A stretch of 62,165 bases of DNA, filler included, from Choristocarpus tenellus KU-1152 (taxonomy: Eukaryota > Protista > Phaeophyceae): assembly GCA_964200185.2 (NCBI GenBank). It is 9 parts of 9 records of this genome, joined end to end, with 100 filler letters (N's around TTAATTAATTAA, not from the genome) between each part and the next. Parts side by side here need not be neighbours in the genome. Positions count along the whole stretch, not along the records: positions 46,128 to 56,291 come from CAXNAD020003110.1; positions 56,392 to 58,910 come from CAXNAD020027134.1; positions 59,011 to 62,165 come from CAXNAD020021913.1; 6 more parts are not named here. One strand, written 5' to 3'. The translations under genes were made by a program, and so were the position numbers. The notes below the pieces were generated by a model, which did no database searches, was not told where the DNA came from, and saw only the letters and a program-made list of their open reading frames with translations. Shown in pieces: positions 55,010 to 62,165 of this stretch. Within the stretch, counting starts at the first letter, position 1; the number at the start of each line of letters is the position of its first letter.

Positions 55010-55147
55010 GGTTGCACCTGTTTGAATCCTGGGCAGATCGACCAGTCATATTGGGAGTTCATAAAAGAACGTTTCGTGCTTTGGTGATGGTTTGATCTGT
55101 ACATACCACCTTCTACAGACAAAATAGAGCATCAAGTTGGACCTGGT
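55010..55147. promoter_or_regulatory. Putative bidirectional promoter
   Basis: Only 138 bp separate two divergent start codons. Confidence 0.5.
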
Positions 55148-56071
55148 ATGTTCGATTGCCACGCTCACCTCACCGACCCTAAATTGCAGGTGGACCTCGA
55201 TCTACTTCTTGTCGAGGCCGAGAATGTAGGAGTAGCGGGTATTGTAGCCGTGTCAGAGTCTGTCGAGGACTGCTCCAAGGTGAGATTGATACAAGTAGGA
55301 GGTCACACCAAAGTGTTACCATCGCCACTTGTCCATTGGATATTTGTAATATTCTAACACGTTCAACGAGTGTATATCAAAGCGAGAAAATGATACCCAA
55401 GCAATAAGAAGTAATTCCTTTTCTCCACCAGTTCAGGTACTCGAGTTATGTGAGAAGATAAATGCTGATCCATACAGGTCGATTCGTATCTACCCTTCTT
55501 TTGGCATGCACCCAGAGAGGGCCGACATCGAAGGTGTAGATGAGATTTTACGACTCATTGATCTCCATGCCGACCAATTGGTGTGTGTCGGTGAGGTTGG
55601 CTTAGACTACAGCCGACATCTAATAGGTGAGGGAGAGGAGGCAGAACTAGCGAAGATGGTTCAAAGGGAGGTCCTGGAGCGGCAAGCCCGAAAGGCAGAG
55701 GTAGGTCGCTTTTGGTTCAGCGGCAGGTGACCTCCCCCTCGAATTCGTGGCAATAGGGGCTTCCATGCCTTAAAACTGCCAATTTTGGCTCTCCGTGGTT
55801 CGTGTTCAGCAGGATCATGATGTTGACCAATATGTGCAGGAAACTTGGGACCCATCTTGACAATGCAATATACGCACTGCCATAGGCCCAAGGAAGGTAA
55901 TTATATCCTATGATTCACTGTGCTAAATCGAATACATTGCACTCCCGCTTGCCAGGATCTGGGCCTAGCTTTGAACGTGCACAGTCGATCGGCAGGCCAC
56001 CATGCAATATCTTTGCTGCGCGATATCGGTTTGAGTCGAGCTGTCTTCCACGCTTTTGACGGCAAGCCCAA
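55148..56071 (+). CDS. TATDN3: TatD-family DNase, TATDN3-like; 3' end off-contig
   Basis: Exons 55148-55279 (DCHAHL), 55437-55700 (GMHP, VGEVGLDY, QREVLERQ) and 55956-56071 (LNVHSRSAG, HAFDGKP). Confidence 0.9.
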
Positions 56072-56391
56072 GTAAGCTCAGAGGTAAAGGCGTCTTGCAT
56101 CAACCAAATGTTTTGCTAATAGTCTTCATGTTCAGGAGGCCACTCCCTGGGTGTCTTTCTAATTCCATTGCTGTCTGGTGAGCAAATCAAGGTGGGCTGC
56201 TCTGCCCCCCCCCCCCCCCCCCCCTTTTTTTCCTGCTTCCCTTTTTTTTTCCTGCCAGGCGCGGTTTTGGGGGGGGGGGGGGGGGGTGGGTNNNNNNNNN
56301 NNNNNNNNNNNNNNNNNNNNNNNNNNNNNNNNNNNTTAATTAATTAANNNNNNNNNNNNNNNNNNNNNNNNNNNNNNNNNNNNNNNNNNNN

Positions 56392-56437
56392 CCCATCCTC
56401 AATGAAAAGCTCCATCCTCAATTTTTGAAATCGGCTG
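56392..56437 (-). mobile_element. Second copy of the CAG-ended transposon terminus
   Basis: Identical to 7512-7557. Confidence 0.6.
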
Positions 56438-57060
56438 TTATTAGTAGACCCTCCTGTACAACATGAAAGGGAAAAAATGAAGTGCTCAAGTACAAATGGA
56501 CAAGCAGCCAGCTCCACAACAGTCATGCAAGCAAGACTTGCCCTGTGAGAGCCTTCTTCACATCCATGTGGCATACGGGGGACAACAAGGATTGCAATCT
56601 GACCACTTGTCGGTATCTTCCATATGGAAATGATGTAAGCAGGGCAGCACACGAAGGAAGTATCCAGCCTGTCAAGGAAAAGAAGAAAATAGTTGGAACA
56701 GTTTAACAGTGTTCTGAATGTACGGGGAGTTAGCTTCTCTACACTAAATTGTCCTAATAAAGTTCTGACTGGCAAGTGCACGAAAGACAGAGCTGGTCGA
56801 ATAGCGCCCCATGTCTTTCCCCACACTATACCACCCACAAGGGTTCTGGCTGTGAAAGCAGTGTCCAAAGGACAGAGGCAGCCTGACAGCGCCCCCCATC
56901 TCTCTAAACAATCCTTCCCAACAGAATTATTTAGTCACAACACCTGCACAATAAACAAAGTTATTGCTCTTCGTAGAAGAAAAAGGGTGATAAATTCGCG
57001 TTTGCCACAACTTCTCGAAATTGCTCTAACCCTACATGTATGTCTCTCAGTCAAGTCTAA

Positions 57061-57145
57061 GAGTGTTTTTGTTGGTACTGCAAATCAGAGGGCAGATGTA
57101 TTGACCAAGAATTTGCCAGTCCGAGTTTTTTAGACCACATAGTAT
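57061..57145 (+). mobile_element. Ty1/copia RNase H C-terminal remnant
   Basis: VFVGTANQRADVLTKNLPVRVF matches the copia (T.NQ.AD.LTK.L...F) motif. Confidence 0.65.
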
Positions 57146-59186
57146 GGCTCCAAGTACACTTCCTTACTGGTGGTGTACAGCAGGGTGGGTGAGTCCAACC
57201 AACCTGCATCAGCTATGGTAGTACACATGACACCTCGGATACACAAGCCTCGTGGCATAGGTTCATAGGGGATGACTATTACTAAGGTACAATGCAGTGG
57301 ACAGAAACATAACCATAGTTTTAGCACAGAAAACAGTCTTAAGGAAACTTGCCTAACCACTTCTTTTGGAGAGGCTTTAATATGGATCCAAGTTGTCGAA
57401 AAATTACGTCCAGGTTCTTGAGCAGGGGTTTCTTTGCATTTGAGAGAGTAAAAATCTTTAAATATTTGTATCTATACACTCGTTGGGCGAATTTAGGGAA
57501 TGCTGCGGATATGTCACCTTGAAGTCGCAGAGGCACATTCGACAGATCATATCCGAGTTATCCACTTAAGTGGTATCCACATAGGCAGATTCAGCTTTGC
57601 CAACATCAGCGGTTGCAACATCCTCACTGGCAGCGCATAGTTCCTCAGTCTCTACTTCCACTTCCACCTCCCCTACCACTATCGGCGACTGCCTATCTTC
57701 GCTTTTTTTCTCTGCATCATCATCCTTCTCAGCCGTGTACAAACATAAGAGAGAAGTCGACACGAAAAATAGAGGAGAATGTGCAGGGCATCATTCCCAC
57801 CGTAGGTTGAGCAAAACACTGGTTTGGGAAGAAAGACACCACCTGCACCAAGGGTAAGCAGCCTTTGCATTTTGAGTTGTTGGCAACTGCATCATTCACA
57901 ACTTTTCGTCGACATTCCACACTTAAGAGGTAAAAGGCTCGAGACCCAGTACTCCAAAAAGGCCCAAAAACTATAATTGAGGCAAGTTTTGATAGAAGTG
58001 AAAAACATTTGCAGTCTTGAATAGTAGGGAGAGGAATGGTATGCTAGGTTTTACTCAACAAACGTGACGATGGGTAGGAGCTCTACAAGCTGCCGAGATT
58101 AGCCAGTCCCCTTGGCATTGAAAAATTTTCTGGCTAATTCGACATAAGGTGGCTCTGCAAATAGCTCAAGAACGTTACTCTGGAAGCGAGGGCAACTCGC
58201 AGTTAGGGAAGTAATGGCAAGGATATCATAACAAGGCTAAGCTACTGAGAAAACCTACATAATTTAGGCAACCACCAAAAATCGTTTCTCATATAGTAGA
58301 TTTTTTGTCAATTTACTAACTAAAACTGTATGTGTAGAGGGTTGAGGTATTTTGGTCCGCCCCTCACCCTCTTGACACACCTTCCCCTGAAACTCATGCC
58401 GCATGGACATCGGATTACCTTCGTGGAAGACACAATCAGTAACCTGAGGTAGGTGGTCATCATGCACAGTAAGACCACAGCCAAGAAAGGATATAGGGGT
58501 ATAGAGTTGGGAAGGCATTGGGTAGTATCCGCACATCCGAAAACTCAGATCGTCATGAACAATGCAAAATAATTACGCAGATCAACTAGTTCAATGGAAA
58601 TCCCGTAATAGGGTCCATTCACATACATCTCCCACATTCAGAGGTTTCCGCATCACCCCTTTCTCACCTTTTGCAGTGAGGGGCAAGTAAGGTGGTTTGG
58701 CCTATTCCCGTTCCTACCAGAGGAGCTCGGCCACCACCTCCCTGGCCTATGTGCAGGCGCGAAAGACATGCTTTCTCAGTCTCTCTTCCACGCAAACAAA
58801 CGATGAATTGACGGGTGAGGTATGTGTGATGGTACGTGTGAATCGTGTGATTCTGTGGCGGCGTGGTTCACTCAGGCAAGGGTGGTAAAGAGAATCACCG
58901 GGCAAGACGGNNNNNNNNNNNNNNNNNNNNNNNNNNNNNNNNNNNNNNNNNNNNTTAATTAATTAANNNNNNNNNNNNNNNNNNNNNNNNNNNNNNNNNN
59001 NNNNNNNNNNACCAGCACAAAAAAAAAAAAAAATATAAATAAAAAGAGTTGAATAACATGGCGCCCGCCACCCCCCCCCCCCCCCCCCCCAGATACTTTG
59101 ACCTGGTGGCATCATTCAATCCTTGGCCTTCGCTCATTCCTTGCATCTGCACCCTCCCCCCGCTGCCGCCGCTACCATGCTACCAG

Positions 59187-59327
59187 GCTGTTTGTACAGA
59201 GGCAGGTATGTTTGCACTGAGGGAACGGCGCATTCATGTGACTCAGGAAGACTTTGAGATGTCTGTGGCAAAGGTGATGAAGAAGGACAGCGATATGAAC
59301 ATGTCCATCCGCAAGCTTTGGAAGTAA
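59187..59327 (+). CDS. RPT6: 26S proteasome AAA-ATPase subunit RPT6 (PSMC5), last exon
   Basis: accag|[46 protein letters not shown]. Confidence 0.95.
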   Translation, partial: AVCTEAGMFALRERRIHVTQEDFEMSVAKVMKKDSDMNMSIRKLWK

Positions 59328-60276
59328 AGGAAAGAACACAAATTTAAGAAATGGTGACATGAGGGCATAGAGGTTGCAAAAATGAGGAGAATGGATGGGG
59401 TTGTGGGGCAACCTTTTTACTTCTCTTTCTCTCTCTCTCTATCTCTATCTCTATCTCTCTGTTGATTTATGTAGTTGATGCATCCATCCACCTAGACCGA
59501 GCTGATTCATTCTTTGGCTTTTCCTCTCCACGTGTTGAAGAGATCCTTAAGAGGCCCTCCTTCGCTGGGGGATGGAGGGGTGTCTGGTTGTAGATATGTT
59601 GGGGGGAGTAGGGTAGACCACCAAGCAGCATAGTTTTGGGTCCTACTGTACACATCAGCAAGGGAAAAATGTCTGCCTCACATGTCAGTGGTCATCAACC
59701 CTGGTACATGTTTTGTCAGCCGAGAGTGGGAGCAGGTAAAGGGGGAAGGGGTGACTTTCTCACACAGGTCACTCACTCTTCGTTGTTGGGGGGGGGGGGG
59801 TAGTGAGTAGGTCAAACAATGCATTAGGGAAATACCTGTGTACAGGGTGCTGTGCTGGTGCTGTGCTGTGCTGATAGGGTGTGATAAAACTTCTGTTGAG
59901 TAATTGTGCAAATGAGATCCATGCACGCTGAGAAGTAGACAAGGTGGCCATGGTAAGATGTGTATGTGATGAATTCCTCAACGCTCAAAAAATTTCCTCT
60001 TCTTTCCTACTTGTAGAGAAAAAGTGGTTGCAATGCATCCATCCATCCAGCCGTGGATGAAAACTGGGTTGCATTTGCTCAGAAATACAGTATGAGTTTG
60101 AATGAAGTCAGTGGCGGTACAAGGGATTCAACTCCATCTGCCATAGATGCTCTTGATTCGGAACCACTGACCGACCAATGCTTACTTGGCAGCATCTCCG
60201 ATTTTTTTATAAAGTTGACTACCTGCACAACTTCGAGGTTTTATATTTGCATCCCCAGTCCTTCCAACCCTTTTGA

Positions 60277-60464
60277 GAATCAAAGTAAATGAGAGGTGGG
60301 CAGAGTTGAATTTTAAAGGATATTTTCTTAATTGTGTTGAAAATGCTCTCAAGTCAAACTGAGCACTTCGTCCATAGAGGTACGGGTGAATGCCAAGAGA
60401 TTGAAAGACAGGATTCAAAATGCAAAATGGCCAAAACCTAAGTATGTCTAGTTTACTTTGGTTC
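60277..60464. mobile_element. MITE family D (internally deleted)
   Basis: GAATCAAAGTAAATGAGAGGT...GTTTACTTTGGTTC, with an interior matching the other D copies. Confidence 0.65.
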
Positions 60465-61167
60465 TGAGTTCGGCAATCTGTCGGTTCTTGTCTTGTATGT
60501 GTGGAGAGACCTATCAATTGTGTACCATGGGCTAGGCTAGTCAAAAGGTAAAGTAGGGTATAATCCTTTCAGGGTTTTCGCTCAGACAAAGAAAAGTGTA
60601 AGCATCCTAGCCTTCCCAAGCATCATCATAGCTCTGAGGTTGCTCTCAAGTAAATGGACAGTGCAAACCTCAGACTTGCAGCTTGGCTCTCCCTGCAAGT
60701 TCCTATTTTGTATATTTTTGTCTGGTCAACTTGGCCTGTGTTGGTCACTAAATGTCACCACATTATTTGCAGCAAACAGGGAGTAAGATTTTGAATCTCA
60801 GTTTGTGAAGAACAGAGAGGAGAAATAGTTGTGTACCTTACCGCTCCTGTGTAGGGTTGCCTACTGAGGTGCAAAAGCCATGGATAATTAATTATTGATG
60901 CAAATTGCATGGGGGTCGTTGACATGTAAGTAAAACCATTTTTGGAATCACAGAGTTTGGGTGATTTTCAATGGAATGTACCCATTGGGAACTGCCCTTT
61001 GTCTTGACTCTTCTTGTCTACTGAGCCCTTGATACCATAATAGCTTGAGCGTCTGCTCTCCTACACTTAACACATACTCATTCATGTATGTAAAACCAAC
61101 CACTCAAACTGAAAAACTTCGTTTCACAAATGGCCATTACACACACCAACGAGTTTAAATCGAATAC

Positions 61168-61456
61168 TGCCCCATAAGCCTGGTCGTTTATGTATGTAAC
61201 TCTTCTGGATGACCTCCGATTTCAAAACGGAATTTTGCGTTGGATTCCTCGGAATTTTTTTTTACGAAAGATGAGTTATATTTGAAAAGTATAGGAAGAT
61301 GTGGACCGTGTTGAAACATAAGCTACTCATCTTTTGTGTTAATGATATTATTATACTCCCTCTGTCCCATAAGTCTGTTCCTTTGTGCATGTAACTCTTC
61401 CGGATGACCTCCGACTTCAAAACGGATTTTTGCATTGGATTCCTTGACGTTTTTTT
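61168..61456 (+). mobile_element. Two tandem left-end fragments of a Stowaway/mariner-like MITE
   Basis: ta|CTCCCTCTGTCCCATAAG at 61356. The about 90-bp block GTAACTCTTC.GGATGACCTCCGA.TTCAAAACGGA occurs twice. Confidence 0.55.
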
Positions 61457-62002
61457 CCATTCGACAACACAATGAATGGTGTAGCCATAATTGATATTCC
61501 CCCTATCTACTCCTAAAGAAAAAGTAACATCACGAACATACATGCAAAAGCTTTTTTTTTCCAATTCTACAAAAGGGGGTCTTTTTGTTTGCCCTTCCTC
61601 AGGATCCTTAGAACTCAACCCTTCCTACCTCTTAACCGGTTTGGCTTATTTCTAGGAAATGTCATCTTGGGTTTCAAGCAACTAACACTGGGCTCAAAAG
61701 ATCCTGTGTTACACGTCAAAATGTGTTCTACATGGCACAGAATAGTAGCTACTCCTTATATACACGAAATAGCAGTAACCATGGACAAAGACAAGAACCG
61801 CTATTACTCCATAGATAGACCACACTCTGAAACACTAACAACAAATGTTCGGCCCAAAATGTGTATTTTTTTTTCTAACTCTTCCATCCATTTCTTTCAT
61901 TCACACACTACTAACCAGAACTAATATTGAGTGATCCTTTATATATTTATGAAACACGTTTGAATTGATTGGTTGATTTGCATACATTTGTTGGACAGAT
62001 GA

Positions 62003-62100
62003 GAATCGAGGTAGACGAGAGGTACCCAGAGTTGCATTTTTGAGATGGTGACAGACATGTCCAAAATTCGTCTATTCTTACAAATAATGCGTACATAGAA
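62003..62100. mobile_element. MITE family D left part, interrupted by a CAG-ended element
   Basis: GAATCGAGGTAGACGAGAGGTACCCAGAGTTGCATTTT matches 17625-17665. Confidence 0.6.
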
Positions 62101-62165
62101 CAGTGGATTTTAAAAATTGAGGATGGAGCGGGGCTATGAGGATGGTTGTTCTGCGAAAACGGTCT

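Noticed and set aside
56482-56706. Possible Fanzor/TnpB zinc-finger (SKTCP)
   Set aside because: There is no second Cys and no RuvC motifs (DPG, E..TS, RD.NA), and no long ORF.
4446-59010. Regularly recurring TTAATTAATTAA within N runs, and ORFs ending in X...LIN
   Set aside because: These are scaffolding linkers. Gene neighbourhoods across them carry no biological meaning.

Overview
This is eukaryotic DNA, not prokaryotic. It consists of nine short contigs joined by artificial 100-bp linkers (N44-TTAATTAATTAA-N44), so adjacency across linkers is meaningless. Genes are intron-rich (introns mostly 0.1-1.2 kb). The style suggests a stramenopile alga, possibly brown-algal lineage (inference only). 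Hand-spliced genes: the 3' end of a sedoheptulose-7-phosphate cyclase (EEVS-like); a conserved uncharacterised protein of at least 12 exons (minus strand, 14.5-24.3 kb); the SEC24 3' end; a large SZT2-like gene; a CRAL-TRIO/Sec14 protein; a Lys-rich hypothetical gene head-to-head with TATDN3; and the last exon of RPT6. Most short ORFs in the supplied track are intronic or intergenic noise. The main unexplained structure is a set of at least four small MITE families (about 17 copies or ends). They share the terminus G(A/G)(G/C)YSAAAGTA and show 4-bp target duplications, resembling Sola2. No autonomous transposase, CRISPR array or Fanzor/TnpB could be supported.
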